NCBI GenBank assembly: GCA_043744215.1
Contig: JAYTVC010000045.1
Coordinates: forward strand, 1,368 to 65,367
DNA from: Pseudomonadota bacterium
Lineage (GTDB): Bacteria > Pseudomonadota > Gammaproteobacteria > Burkholderiales > JBEEJL01
Direction of reading: 5' to 3'
Length of the DNA: 64,000 nt
Shown: in pieces, positions 51,483-61,318 of the stretch
Layout: each line of letters starts with the position of its first letter
Numbering within the stretch: position 1 is the stretch's first letter
The notes under the pieces: model-generated
Seen by the model: the letters and a program-made list of their open reading frames with translations, nothing else
What the model was told of the DNA's origin: nothing
Database searches by the model: none
Made by a program: the position numbers and the translations under genes

Positions 51483-52585
51483 TCGAAATCGCCGCTTACT
51501 ATTACGATGGCACTTCCGCCCGGCGTTATGCGGTGATGCTGGCCCTGCTCGGCGACTCGCTCTGCATTCGGAGTAGCACGCAAGACGAGTTCGCGGCCCC
51601 ACTGAGCTTTCCGTTTAACGAAGTCAGCGTCTCCGACCGCTTGGGCAATACGCCGCGCAGCATCAGCTTGCCTGGCGGGGCCCGTTGCGAAACCCGCGAT
51701 AACGATGCCGTCGACCAATGGCTCAAAGCCCGCGGCAAACAGGGCCAATACCGTCTGTTGCATAAACTCGAAAGCCGATTCGGTTACGCCGTTATCGCGC
51801 TGGCCATCACAATCAGTTGCCTGTGGGCGGCCATTACTGTTGGCGCGCCGACGTTGTCGAAATTCGCCGCCGAAAGGTTGCCACCGCAAACCGAAGAAAT
51901 GTTGGGCGGCCAGGTTTTGGCCACGCTCGACAAGGCTATTTTTTCACCCAGCAAATTGTCGCCGGAAAAACAAAAGCAGGTCAGCGCCACGTTTAATCGC
52001 ATCAACCAAACCTTGCAGCGCAAAAAACCGCTGCAATTGGTGTTCCGCAAAGGTGACAGCATCGGTGCCAACGCTTTGGCCCTGCCGTCGGGCACGATTG
52101 TGATTACCGACGAACTGGTTAAGCTGGCGGAAAACCAGGACGAATTATTTGCCGTGCTCGCCCACGAAGCGGGCCATGTGATGCACCATCATTCATTGCG
52201 CGGCTGGCTGCAGGATTCCATCGTCGTGCTGATCATTACCGGGCTCACCAGCGATGCCTCATCCATCGGCATGCTGGCGGCAGGTTTGCCGACTGCGTTG
52301 GTAGAAGCGAAGTATTCGCGCGAGTTTGAAAACGAAGCGGACGACTATGCTTATCAAAAAATGGTGGAGCAAAAAGTCCCGCTGAAAAATTTCGCGGCTA
52401 TTTTGTCGCGCCTGGAAAAAAGTGCCCATGCAAAACCGGCAGAAAAAAACGCCAAACAAGATGCCGGAAAAAGCTCAGCGAAAACAGAAAAAACTGATAA
52501 TAATCAAGAAGATAGCGATGTAATGGAATTCATGGCTTCGCACCCCGCCACAGCCGAGCGCATCAAACGTTTTCAGGTGGAGTGA
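51479..52585 (+). CDS. M48-family zinc metallopeptidase with an N-terminal soluble domain and a TM segment
   Basis: HExxH (LAHEAGHVMHHH) and a downstream E (FENEAD). Translationally coupled to the DUF898 gene. Confidence 0.8.
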   Translation: MIEIAAYYYDGTSARRYAVMLALLGDSLCIRSSTQDEFAAPLSFPFNEVSVSDRLGNTPRSISLPGGARCETRDNDAVDQWLKARGKQGQYRLLHKLESRFGYAVIALAITISCLWAAITVGAPTLSKFAAERLPPQTEEMLGGQVLATLDKAIFSPSKLSPEKQKQVSATFNRINQTLQRKKPLQLVFRKGDSIGANALALPSGTIVITDELVKLAENQDELFAVLAHEAGHVMHHHSLRGWLQDSIVVLIITGLTSDASSIGMLAAGLPTALVEAKYSREFENEADDYAYQKMVEQKVPLKNFAAILSRLEKSAHAKPAEKNAKQDAGKSSAKTEKTDNNQEDSDVMEFMASHPATAERIKRFQVE

Positions 52586-53312
52586 GTTGCGCGGCGGGTT
52601 CATCTCGCTCGACAAAAATATCGCGGTAAGCCGTGTAAAACGTGATCACCATCAATGGCACCAGCAGCAGCAGACCCAAAAATAAGGTAAATGGTAATAG
52701 CATCATGAACCCAAGCATCACCAGGCCGTAAATCATAAACGGCACAAAATTGGCGACGCAGGCATAAAAACTCCACTTGATTGCGTCGATGGCGCTCATT
52801 TTATTGAACATCAACAAAGTCGGCGCAAACCATGTTGCCATGCTTACCGGCACCAGTAGCGCCAAACCGATCAGCATCGGCAGCAACATGTCGTTCACAT
52901 AAGCGCGCAGCGCTTCCACATTCGGCGTCTGACCGGCTGCGGGCAAGGCCGGCGGCTCTTTGAAGCCGGCGAACATCATCACGGCACCTATCAGCAGTTG
53001 CGCAACCAGGCTGATCACGCCCAGGGTAATCAGCGGTTTCAGGTTGCCCTTAAAACCGGCAAACAAATGCGCCAGCTCCAACTCTTCGCCCTGCTCCATA
53101 TGCCGGTAGCCTGCCATCAGGCCCGCCAGAAAAACCGGTGACAGCACCGCCATTGCCACCGCGCCGACAAACGGAATGACGTTAATCATTAGCCAGATGA
53201 TCAGCCACACGATGAGTAGCGCAATAGACAACATGGGGCTTTTCAAAAAAAGTTTGAACGCATCACGTATCCAATACCAGCCGTGAATGGCGCTTCTGTC
53301 GAGAACTTGCAT
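52563..53312 (-). CDS. BPSS1780/DUF2189-like integral membrane protein
   Basis: 249 aa with about 5-6 hydrophobic segments. The N-terminus (G..WIRDAFKLF...P) is as I recall for this family. Its 3' end overlaps the convergent M48 gene by 23 nt. Confidence 0.5.
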   Translation of the reverse strand: MQVLDRSAIHGWYWIRDAFKLFLKSPMLSIALLIVWLIIWLMINVIPFVGAVAMAVLSPVFLAGLMAGYRHMEQGEELELAHLFAGFKGNLKPLITLGVISLVAQLLIGAVMMFAGFKEPPALPAAGQTPNVEALRAYVNDMLLPMLIGLALLVPVSMATWFAPTLLMFNKMSAIDAIKWSFYACVANFVPFMIYGLVMLGFMMLLPFTLFLGLLLLVPLMVITFYTAYRDIFVERDEPAAQLTPPENV

Positions 53313-53333
53313 AGATGTTTCCTGTTAAAAAAT

Positions 53334-54284
53334 TTATTGAATCAGCGCGCGCAAATCGAGCGGTGCGCGAATCTGGTTTTGCAGCATGCGTTGATACAGG
53401 GCGGCATCCTTGGTGTGGGTCATTTCGCCTTCCATCGGGAAATGGTTGTAACCCAAACGACCCAGCCAGGTGCGCAACGCGGCGGCGCGCAGCATCACCG
53501 GCCAGGCGCTGCATTCCGCATCGTTGAACGGGCGCGACGCATGGTAACCCTTCACCAAAGCGGCAAGCCGCGTGAGGTCGGGCGTTGCGTCGGCATGCAT
53601 GCACCAATCGTTTGCCGTGATGGCAACGTCGAACAGCAACACGTCGTTGCAGGCGAAATAAAAATCGATCACGCCGCCGATGCTGCCGTCGGTAAACAAC
53701 ACGTTGTCGCGGAACAAGTCGCCATGAATGACGCCGCGAGGCAGCGCATCGTGTTTGTGCTGCGCCTGAAATGTCAATTCAGTTTGCATCAACGTCGCTT
53801 CATCAGCGGTGACTTTCGGCAACAACTGCTGCGAAAATGTATGCCACCAGTGAGGGCCGCGCGGGTTGGCCATGCGCTGCGCGTAGCCGTGGGCGGCCTG
53901 GTGCATGTCCGCCAGCATGGCGCCGACCTCGCCGCATTGGGCCGCTGACACATCCACGACTGACTTGCCCGGCAGGCAAGTGACAATGCTCGCTGGCTTG
54001 CCATTCAAATGGCCGACAAACTCGTTGTCGAAATTAGCAATAGGTTTGGGCGACGGAATGCCGTGGTTCGACAAATGCGCCATGAGATGAATGTAATAGG
54101 GTAAATCGACGGCGTGGATTTTTTCGAATAATGTCAGCACGAATTTCCCGTGAGACGTCGTGACAAAATAATTCGTGTTCTCAATGCCCGACGAAATGCC
54201 CTGCAAATCTAACAGCGTGCCGAGAGAATAATTTTTCAGCCAATCGGTAAGCTGCGGCGCAGTAACGGTAGTATAGACGGACAT
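53334..54284 (-). CDS. thrB: homoserine kinase (APH-fold, ThrB type II)
   Basis: The N-terminus MSVYTTV...L..WL..Y.LG...LQGISSGIENTNYFVTT is typical of Pseudomonas/Burkholderia-type ThrB. Kinase block VIHGDLFRDNVLF. Confidence 0.88.
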   Translation of the reverse strand: MSVYTTVTAPQLTDWLKNYSLGTLLDLQGISSGIENTNYFVTTSHGKFVLTLFEKIHAVDLPYYIHLMAHLSNHGIPSPKPIANFDNEFVGHLNGKPASIVTCLPGKSVVDVSAAQCGEVGAMLADMHQAAHGYAQRMANPRGPHWWHTFSQQLLPKVTADEATLMQTELTFQAQHKHDALPRGVIHGDLFRDNVLFTDGSIGGVIDFYFACNDVLLFDVAITANDWCMHADATPDLTRLAALVKGYHASRPFNDAECSAWPVMLRAAALRTWLGRLGYNHFPMEGEMTHTKDAALYQRMLQNQIRAPLDLRALIQ

Positions 54285-54288
54285 ATAT

Positions 54289-54311
54289 TATTCAATATAA
54301 TCAAATAGTTA
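54289..54311 (-). repeat. AT-rich motif copy B (reverse complement TAACTATTTGATTATATTGAATA)
   Basis: It covers nearly all of the 24-nt LOG-thrB spacer and includes the LOG stop codon. It matches copy A at 22 of 23 positions. Confidence 0.85.
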
Positions 54312-55049
54312 CAAACTAAGCTGAATCTCGCGTTCGGCCGCCGAAGGCTCGAAGCCACGTGTTTCGTAATGATCGAAAATCGCGTTCACGACTTCTTTAG
54401 GATCATTGATAATTTTAATCAGATCCATATCTCCGGGGCTGATCATGCCTTCGGTGACGAGCGTATGTTTCATCCAGTCAATCAAGCCGCGCCAGAAAGG
54501 TTCATGCACGAGGATGATGGGAATCTTGCGCGTCTTTCCCGTTTGCACCAGGGTTAACGCTTCCATCAATTCGTCTAGCGTGCCGAAGCCGCCGGGCATC
54601 ACCACATAAGCGGCGGCGAATTTGACGAACATGACTTTGCGTGCAAAAAAATGATCGAACGACAGCGATACGTCTTGATAAGGATTGCCGCTTTGCTCGA
54701 ACGGCAGGTTGATGTTGAGGCCGACCGAAGTAGACTTGCCGAAGTACGCGCCCTTGTTGGCCGCTTCCATAATGCCCGGTCCGCCGCCGGAAATGACGGT
54801 GAAGCCTGCGTCGGATAACTGCCGCGCGATTTGTTCGGTCAAAATATAATAGGCATGGTCGTGGGGCGTGCGCGCACTGCCGAAAATACTCACGGCAGGC
54901 TGCACATTGGATAAGCGCTCCGTGGCCGCGACAAACTCTGCCATAATCTCAAATAAGCGCCAGGATTCGCGCGCCGATTGCAGGCCGCGGCCTTGAAGGT
55001 CGGGATCGATTACTCTGGGAATTTTTTCTGTTCCGCTCATGGCATTCAC
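54309..55049 (-). CDS. LOG-family (TIGR00730) nucleotide 5'-monophosphate nucleosidase
   Basis: PGGFGTLDE motif and a GGGPGIMEA block. 246 aa. Confidence 0.85.
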   Translation of the reverse strand: MNAMSGTEKIPRVIDPDLQGRGLQSARESWRLFEIMAEFVAATERLSNVQPAVSIFGSARTPHDHAYYILTEQIARQLSDAGFTVISGGGPGIMEAANKGAYFGKSTSVGLNINLPFEQSGNPYQDVSLSFDHFFARKVMFVKFAAAYVVMPGGFGTLDELMEALTLVQTGKTRKIPIILVHEPFWRGLIDWMKHTLVTEGMISPGDMDLIKIINDPKEVVNAIFDHYETRGFEPSAAEREIQLSL

Positions 55050-55076
55050 CTTTATTCATTACCGCCGGAAAAATTT

Positions 55077-57878
55077 GTGAAAACTTTATTGCTCGTCGAT
55101 GCGTCGTCTTACCTGTTCCGCGCTTACCATGCGCCCAATCTGGGCGATCTGAAAAACTCCAAAGGCGAAGCGACGGGCGCAATCTACGGCGTACTCAACA
55201 TGCTGCGCAAATTGCGCCACGACTTCCCCGCCGAGTATATCGCATGCGTATTCGACGCAAAAGGAAAAACCTTCCGTGACGATTTGTATCCCGCATATAA
55301 AGCTAACCGCTCGCCCATGCCCGACGACCTGCGCGACCAGATCGCGCCCTTGCACGAGGCCATCATCGCCATGGGCTGGCCACTGCTGGCGGTGGAAGGC
55401 GTCGAAGCCGATGACGTAATCGGCACGCTGGCCAAACACGCCGAAGCGCGGGGCGTGAAGACCGTCATCTCAACCGGCGACAAGGACATTACGCAATTGG
55501 TGAACGAACAGGTGATGCTGGTGAACACTATGTCGAACGAAAAACTCGACGAGGCGGGTGTGCAAACCAAATTCGGCGTGCCGGCCAATCGCATCATCGA
55601 TTATTTGACGCTAATGGGCGACAACGTGGACAACGTGCCTGGCGTCGATAAAGTCGGGCCAAAAACGGCGGTGAAATGGCTGAATGAATACGGCTCGCTG
55701 GAAAATATTGTCGCCAATGCCACCAACATCAAAGGCGTGGTCGGCGAAAATTTGCGCAACGCCCTCGACTGGCTGCCCATGGGCCGCCAGTTGCTCACCA
55801 TCAAATGCGACGTGGCTTTGCCGATGGATTTTGATTCTCTCGTCGCCGCAGCCCCAGACCGCGAAAAACTCGAAGCTTTGTTCGAGCGTTTTGAGTTCAA
55901 AACCTGGTTGAAAGAAGTGAGAGCCGGAGCCGACCCCAATGGTAAACCGCCGGCGGCGCCGACACGCTTTACTTCGCCGGTTGCTGAAAAAACAAATGCA
56001 GAAAAAAAAGATACGCGCGATTTTTCCACGGCCGAATTGCCTGCCGCCATCATTAACGAAGCGCCAAAATACGAACGCAATTACGAAACCATTTTTACGC
56101 AATCGCAATTCGATGCTTGGCTGGCGAAACTCAACCAGGCCGAACTCGCCTGCATCGACACGGAAACCACCGGCCTCGATCCGCTGCAGGCGAAAATCGT
56201 TGGCATGTCGTTTTGCGTTGAGCCCGGCATGGCGGCGTATCTGCCCCTCGCCCATCGTTACCCCGGCGCGCCGGAACAACTCGCTCTGGAAAAAGTTTTG
56301 TCGGCGATTAAACCGTATTTGGAAAATATCAATAAAAACAAAGTCGGCCAAAACCTCAAATACGACATGCATATTTTCGCCAATCACGGCATTTATCTGA
56401 AAGGTGTGGCGCATGACACGCTGCTGCAAAGTTATGTGCTGGAATCCCATCAGCGGCACGACATGGACAACCTCGCGTTGCGCCACCTGAACGCGAAAAC
56501 CATTTTGTTTGAAGATGTGGCGGGCAAAGGCGCGGGGCAAATCGGTTTCGATCAGGTGGGCATTGAGCAAGCGGCGCAATATGCGGCGGAAGATGCGGAT
56601 ATCACGCTGCAATTGCATCAGCATCTTTATCCGCAAATTGCCCCGGACAAAAAACTCGATTTCATTTACCGCGAAATCGAAATGCCGTCGATGCAAGTGC
56701 TGTGGCGCATGGAACGCAATGGCGTGTTGCTCGACGTGAAGTTGCTGGAAATCCAAAGCCGCGAGTTGGGCGAGAAGATGCTTGAGTTGGAACAAAAAGC
56801 CCACGCGGAAGCGGAACAGCCATTCAACCTGAACTCTCCCAAACAAATTCAGGAAATTTTGTTCGAGAAAAAGAAAATTCCCGTTATCAAAAAAACGCCG
56901 GGCGGCCAACCTTCGACCGATGAGGATGTGCTGCAACAACTGGCGCTGGACCATCCGCTGCCGAAACTGTTGCTGGAATATCGCAGCATCGCCAAACTCA
57001 AATCCACCTACACTGACAAATTGCCTCGAATGGTCAACCCGCAGACTGGTCGCGTGCACACCAACTACGGCCAGGCCATCGCGGTGACAGGACGGCTGGC
57101 GAGCAATGATCCAAACCTGCAAAATATTCCCGTGCGCACGGCGGAAGGTCGCCGCATCCGCGAAGCCTTTATCGCGCCGCCCGGCTCGCATATTATTTCC
57201 GCCGACTATTCGCAGATCGAATTGCGCATCATGGCGCATTTGTCCGGCGACGAAGGTTTGTTGAAAGCCTTCGCCGCGGGCGAAGATATTCATAAGGCTA
57301 CGGCGGCGGAAATTTTCAGCGTCGATTTGAAAGATGTCAGCAGCGAACAGCGGCGTTACGCGAAAGTGATCAACTTCGGTTTAATTTACGGCATGAGCGC
57401 CTTCGGTCTCGCGGCCAACCTCGGCATCGAGCGCAGCGCGGCCAAGAGCTACATCGACCGCTATTTTGCCCGCTACCCCGGCGTGGCCGCTTATATGGAA
57501 CGCACGCGCGGCGAAGCCCATGCGAATGGCTATGTGGAAACGGTTTTTGGCCGACGATTATTCCTACCCGAAATCCGCAGCAGTAACCACGCGCGCAAAC
57601 AAGGTGCCGAACGCGCCGCCATCAATGCGCCCATGCAGGGCACCGCGGCGGACCTGATTAAACTCGCCATGATTGCCGTGGATAAATGGCTCACGGCAGA
57701 AAAGCGCCAATCCAAACTCATCATGCAAGTCCACGACGAACTGGTGCTTGAGGTGCCCGATGCCGAGCTGGATGTGGTGAAGCGCGAACTGCCGCCGCTC
57801 ATGTGCAATGTGGCAAAGTTAGCCGTGCCCTTGTTAGTCGAAGCCGGTGCGGGCCCGAACTGGGAGCAAGCCCACTGA
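55077..57878 (+). CDS. polA: DNA polymerase I
   Basis: 5' nuclease N-terminus (KTLLLVDASSYLFRAYHA), 3'-5' exonuclease and polymerase motifs (DYSQIELRI, QVHDELV). A GTG start at 55077 is proposed. The ATG at 54978 would overlap the divergent LOG gene. Confidence 0.92.
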   Translation: MKTLLLVDASSYLFRAYHAPNLGDLKNSKGEATGAIYGVLNMLRKLRHDFPAEYIACVFDAKGKTFRDDLYPAYKANRSPMPDDLRDQIAPLHEAIIAMGWPLLAVEGVEADDVIGTLAKHAEARGVKTVISTGDKDITQLVNEQVMLVNTMSNEKLDEAGVQTKFGVPANRIIDYLTLMGDNVDNVPGVDKVGPKTAVKWLNEYGSLENIVANATNIKGVVGENLRNALDWLPMGRQLLTIKCDVALPMDFDSLVAAAPDREKLEALFERFEFKTWLKEVRAGADPNGKPPAAPTRFTSPVAEKTNAEKKDTRDFSTAELPAAIINEAPKYERNYETIFTQSQFDAWLAKLNQAELACIDTETTGLDPLQAKIVGMSFCVEPGMAAYLPLAHRYPGAPEQLALEKVLSAIKPYLENINKNKVGQNLKYDMHIFANHGIYLKGVAHDTLLQSYVLESHQRHDMDNLALRHLNAKTILFEDVAGKGAGQIGFDQVGIEQAAQYAAEDADITLQLHQHLYPQIAPDKKLDFIYREIEMPSMQVLWRMERNGVLLDVKLLEIQSRELGEKMLELEQKAHAEAEQPFNLNSPKQIQEILFEKKKIPVIKKTPGGQPSTDEDVLQQLALDHPLPKLLLEYRSIAKLKSTYTDKLPRMVNPQTGRVHTNYGQAIAVTGRLASNDPNLQNIPVRTAEGRRIREAFIAPPGSHIISADYSQIELRIMAHLSGDEGLLKAFAAGEDIHKATAAEIFSVDLKDVSSEQRRYAKVINFGLIYGMSAFGLAANLGIERSAAKSYIDRYFARYPGVAAYMERTRGEAHANGYVETVFGRRLFLPEIRSSNHARKQGAERAAINAPMQGTAADLIKLAMIAVDKWLTAEKRQSKLIMQVHDELVLEVPDAELDVVKRELPPLMCNVAKLAVPLLVEAGAGPNWEQAH

Positions 57879-57898
57879 GCCTCAATGCCCTGCAAAAA

Positions 57899-57927
57899 TT
57901 GACAACATTTTCAGCCCTGCGCATAAT
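57899..57927 (+). promoter_or_regulatory. candidate sigma70 promoter of the second LIV operon
   Basis: TTGACA (57899-57904), a 17-nt spacer, then CATAAT (57922-57927). It is about 45 nt upstream of the SBP start. Confidence 0.5.
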
Positions 57928-57969
57928 CAGCCTCAGCCTCCAACCAAATAAAATTTTTGAGGAAAAATC

Positions 57970-59169
57970 ATGAAATTACTTCACACAGGTCTGAGTATTT
58001 TAGTGGCTGCAACCCTGGTGGCTTGCGGTAAAAGCGAAGCCCCCGCACCCAAGGCCGAGGCTGCCAAAGCCGCTGCGCCGGCCGCCGCGCAATCCGACAT
58101 AGTCAAAATCGGCCTCGCCTCACCGCTCACCGGGCCGCAATCCCACATCGGCATCGACATCAAGAACGGCACACAACTAGCGATCGACGACGCCAATGCG
58201 GCAGGTATTGTAATCGGCGGCAAAAAAGTGAAGTTTGAATTGCTAGCAGAAGACGACCAGGCCGAACCGAAAACCGCCACGGTCGTGGCGCAAAAACTGG
58301 CCGATGCGAAAGTGTCGGCCGTGGTCGGGCATTTCAACTCGGGCGCGTCGATTCCCGCATCGCGCATTTATTCTGATGCGGGCATTCCGCAAATTTCGCC
58401 GTCGTCCACCAATCCGGCCTACACCAACCAGGGATTCAAAACCACGTTCCGTGTCGTCGCCAACGATTCGCGCCAAGGACCAGCCATTGCCACCTTTACC
58501 GTCAAATCTTTGGGCGCGAAAAATATCGCCATCATCGATGACCGCACATCTTACGGAATGGGTCTGGCCGACGAGTATGAAAAAACCGTCAAGGCGCTCG
58601 GTGCCAATGTGGTGTCGCGGGAATACACCACGGACAAAGCGGTAGATTTCAGCGCCATACTCAACAACATTAAAGGTAAAAAGCCCGACGCGATTTTCTT
58701 CGGCGGTGTTGATCCGCAAGCGGGCCCAATGCAAAAGCAAATTAAATCGCTTGGCATCAGCGCAAAATTTCTCGGCGGTGACGGCTGGCAGACGCCCAAT
58801 TTCATCAAGCTCGCCGGCGCCGACGCGGAAGGCGCGATGGCGTCAGTACCCGGCTTGCCGAAAGAACAAATGGCCGGCGGCAAAGCCTTCCTGGAAAAAT
58901 TCAAAGCCAAGTACGGCGTGGAAGTGGAATTATTCGCGCCCTTCGGTTATGACGCGGTGAATATTTTTATCGAAGCCATGAAACGCGCCGGCTCGTCCGA
59001 CCCGGCAAAATTTTTGCCCGAGATGGCGAAAACGAATATGAATGGCGTCATCGGCCCGGTTGCGTTTGATGAAAAGGGCGATATCAAAGACGGACCAATT
59101 ACCGTGTTTCAAGTGAAATCGGGAAAATGGGAACCCCTTGAAACCGTGGGCGGCCCGGCGAAAAAATAG
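57970..59169 (+). CDS. LIV-type periplasmic substrate-binding lipoprotein
   Basis: Lipobox LVACG. LivK/BraC-like blocks (VKIGLASPLTGPQSHIG, VVGHFNSGASIPAS). Confidence 0.9.
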   Translation: MKLLHTGLSILVAATLVACGKSEAPAPKAEAAKAAAPAAAQSDIVKIGLASPLTGPQSHIGIDIKNGTQLAIDDANAAGIVIGGKKVKFELLAEDDQAEPKTATVVAQKLADAKVSAVVGHFNSGASIPASRIYSDAGIPQISPSSTNPAYTNQGFKTTFRVVANDSRQGPAIATFTVKSLGAKNIAIIDDRTSYGMGLADEYEKTVKALGANVVSREYTTDKAVDFSAILNNIKGKKPDAIFFGGVDPQAGPMQKQIKSLGISAKFLGGDGWQTPNFIKLAGADAEGAMASVPGLPKEQMAGGKAFLEKFKAKYGVEVELFAPFGYDAVNIFIEAMKRAGSSDPAKFLPEMAKTNMNGVIGPVAFDEKGDIKDGPITVFQVKSGKWEPLETVGGPAKK

Positions 59170-59187
59170 TGAACGTAAACGAATGAA

Positions 59188-59218
59188 GCACGGCACCCTA
59201 TCGGTGCCGTGTTTTTTT
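59188..59218 (+). terminator. intra-operon Rho-independent terminator/attenuator after the binding-protein gene
   Basis: GCACGGCACC ... GGTGCCGTG hairpin followed by TTTTTTT. Confidence 0.8.
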
Positions 59219-59249
59219 ATATCGCAACCTCAGACAAGTCAATTACAGC

Positions 59250-60242
59250 TTGGACGTATTACTACAACAAATCGTCAGCGGCCTCGTGCTCGGCAGCGTC
59301 TATGCGCTGGTGGCGCTGGGTTACACCATGGTGTACGGCATCATGGGCCTGATCAATTTCGCCCACGGCGAAGTGGTCATGGTCGGCGCCCTGGTTGCCA
59401 TCACGGCCATCAAGATTTTTTTCGGCATCGCGCCACAAGTGCCGGGTGGTGTGCTGGTGTTGGCAGGCCTCGCCGTTGCCATTCCCGTTTGCATGGCGGT
59501 GGGCTACACGGTTGAACGCGTGGCGTACCGGCCATTACGTCACGCACCCAAACTCGCGCCGCTGATTACCGCCATCGGCGTATCTATCGTGCTGCAAAAT
59601 CTGGCGATGATCATCTGGGGCCGCAGTTATATTTCTTTCCCTGCTGTGCTGCCTGAAGCGCGGCGGAATTTTTTCGGCGCAACGATTACCGATGTGCAAA
59701 TTCTGATTGTTGTCCTCGCGCTGATCATCATGGCGGCGTTGCTGCTATTGGTGAACCGTACGAAGATGGGCCGCGCCATGCGTGCTACGGCGGAAAATCC
59801 GGCGGTCGCGGGCTTGATGGGCGTCAACATTAACGCCGTGATTTCGTTTACGTTTATTATCGGCTCGGCCCTCGCCGCTGTCGCCGGTTTGATGGTGGCA
59901 GCCAACTACGGCATCGCCCACTATTACATGGGATTTTTGTTGGGCTTGAAAGCCTTCACTGCCGCAGTGCTCGGCGGCATCGGCAATCTGCGTGGCGCGG
60001 TGCTGGGTGGATTATTGCTCGGCCTGATCGAGAGTCTCGGCGGCGGTTACATTGGCGATGCGACCAATGTGTGTTTGCTGCGCGACCTGTCAACCAGCGT
60101 TGCAGCGTTATGCGAAGGTAAAACCAACTTGAATGTACTCGGCAGCCATTATCAGGACGTGTTCGCATTTTTTGTGTTGATATTCGTCTTGATATTCAGG
60201 CCGTCAGGTTTGATGGGCGAAAAAACATCGGAGCGTGCCTGA
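59250..60242 (+). CDS. livH: LIV-type ABC permease (LivH-like) with an extra loop of about 25 aa
   Basis: TTG start. LivH/BraD N-terminus (LLQQIVSGLVLGSVYALVALGYTMVYG). 330 aa. Confidence 0.9.
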   Translation: MDVLLQQIVSGLVLGSVYALVALGYTMVYGIMGLINFAHGEVVMVGALVAITAIKIFFGIAPQVPGGVLVLAGLAVAIPVCMAVGYTVERVAYRPLRHAPKLAPLITAIGVSIVLQNLAMIIWGRSYISFPAVLPEARRNFFGATITDVQILIVVLALIIMAALLLLVNRTKMGRAMRATAENPAVAGLMGVNINAVISFTFIIGSALAAVAGLMVAANYGIAHYYMGFLLGLKAFTAAVLGGIGNLRGAVLGGLLLGLIESLGGGYIGDATNVCLLRDLSTSVAALCEGKTNLNVLGSHYQDVFAFFVLIFVLIFRPSGLMGEKTSERA

Positions 60243-61318
60243 TGGACTGGCCGCAACTCAAGCAAGACAAGCGTGTGGTGTGGGCTGCTTATATTCTGCT
60301 CGGCTTACTGCTCGCTGCCGCGCCATTTATCGCCGATGCTGCTGGCGGGCGCTCGTGGGTGCGCATTATCGACTTTGCCTTGCTTTATATTATGTTGGCA
60401 CTGGGCCTGAACATCGTCGTTGGTTTTGCCGGTTTGCTCGATCTGGGCTACATCGCGTTCTATGCCGTCGGCGCATATGTGTTCGCGCTGCTTGCCAGCC
60501 CGCACTTCAATATTCATTTGCCTTTTTGGGCGTTACTGCCGCTGGGTGCGGCGATTGCCGGATTGTTCGGCGTGATTCTGGGCGCGCCCACCTTGCGCTT
60601 GAAGGGTGATTATCTCGCTATTGTCACGTTGGGCTTTGGCGAGATTATCCGCATTTTTCTCAATAACCTGAACGCGCCGGTCAATATCACCAACGGCCCG
60701 CAAGGGGTCAACGGCATCGATCCGATTTCCGTCGGCGCCATGTCGCTGGCAAAAACCCAAATCATTGCCGGCATGAGCCTGCCGTCGCTGCACCAATACT
60801 ATTATTTATTTCTCGGCTTGATGTTATTGATTATTTTTATCACGATTAGATTGCAGGATTCGCGCATCGGCCGCGCCTGGGTCGCCATTCGCGAAGACGA
60901 AGTGGCGGCGAAATCCATGGGCATCAATACACGCAATGTGAAATTGCTGGCGTTCGCCATGGGCGCATCCTTCGGCGGTGTAGCGGGCGGCTTGTTCGCG
61001 GGCTTTCAGGGGTTTGTTAGCCCCGAAAGTTTTGGCTTGATGGAATCGGTGATCGTGTTATGCATGGTGGTGCTGGGAGGCATGGGGCATATTCCCGGCG
61101 TGATTCTCGGCGGCATTTTGCTCGCCACGCTGCCGGATCTTTTGCGTTACATCATCGTGCCGGTTCAGCAATATTTATTTGGCAAAGTAGTGGTCGATCC
61201 CGACAGCGTGCGCATGTTGATATTCGGCCTCGCGTTGATTGTCACCATGCTGTTTCGACCGGCAGGCCTGTGGCCCTCGCCCACGCGCAAACGCGAGCTG
61301 GTGGAAGAGACGTCATGA
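60242..61318 (+). CDS. livM: LIV-type ABC permease (LivM-like)
   Basis: Polytopic 358-aa protein with LivM-type blocks (LGLNIVVGFAGLLDLGYIAFYAVGAY). ATGA overlap with livG. Confidence 0.9.
   Translation: MDWPQLKQDKRVVWAAYILLGLLLAAAPFIADAAGGRSWVRIIDFALLYIMLALGLNIVVGFAGLLDLGYIAFYAVGAYVFALLASPHFNIHLPFWALLPLGAAIAGLFGVILGAPTLRLKGDYLAIVTLGFGEIIRIFLNNLNAPVNITNGPQGVNGIDPISVGAMSLAKTQIIAGMSLPSLHQYYYLFLGLMLLIIFITIRLQDSRIGRAWVAIREDEVAAKSMGINTRNVKLLAFAMGASFGGVAGGLFAGFQGFVSPESFGLMESVIVLCMVVLGGMGHIPGVILGGILLATLPDLLRYIIVPVQQYLFGKVVVDPDSVRMLIFGLALIVTMLFRPAGLWPSPTRKRELVEETS

Noticed and set aside
54978-55076. An ATG-initiated extension of polA that overlaps the divergent LOG gene by 72 nt.
   Set aside because: The extension has no similarity to PolA N-termini. 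The conserved KTLLLVD...YLFRAYHA block begins right after an in-frame GTG at 55077.
55611-57293. A 560-aa ORF on the minus strand inside polA.
   Set aside because: It is antisense to a polA frame that carries all the expected polymerase motifs. Its product is Arg/Phe/Gln/His-rich low-information sequence with no recognisable motif. This is a typical shadow ORF caused by the codon bias of the real gene.
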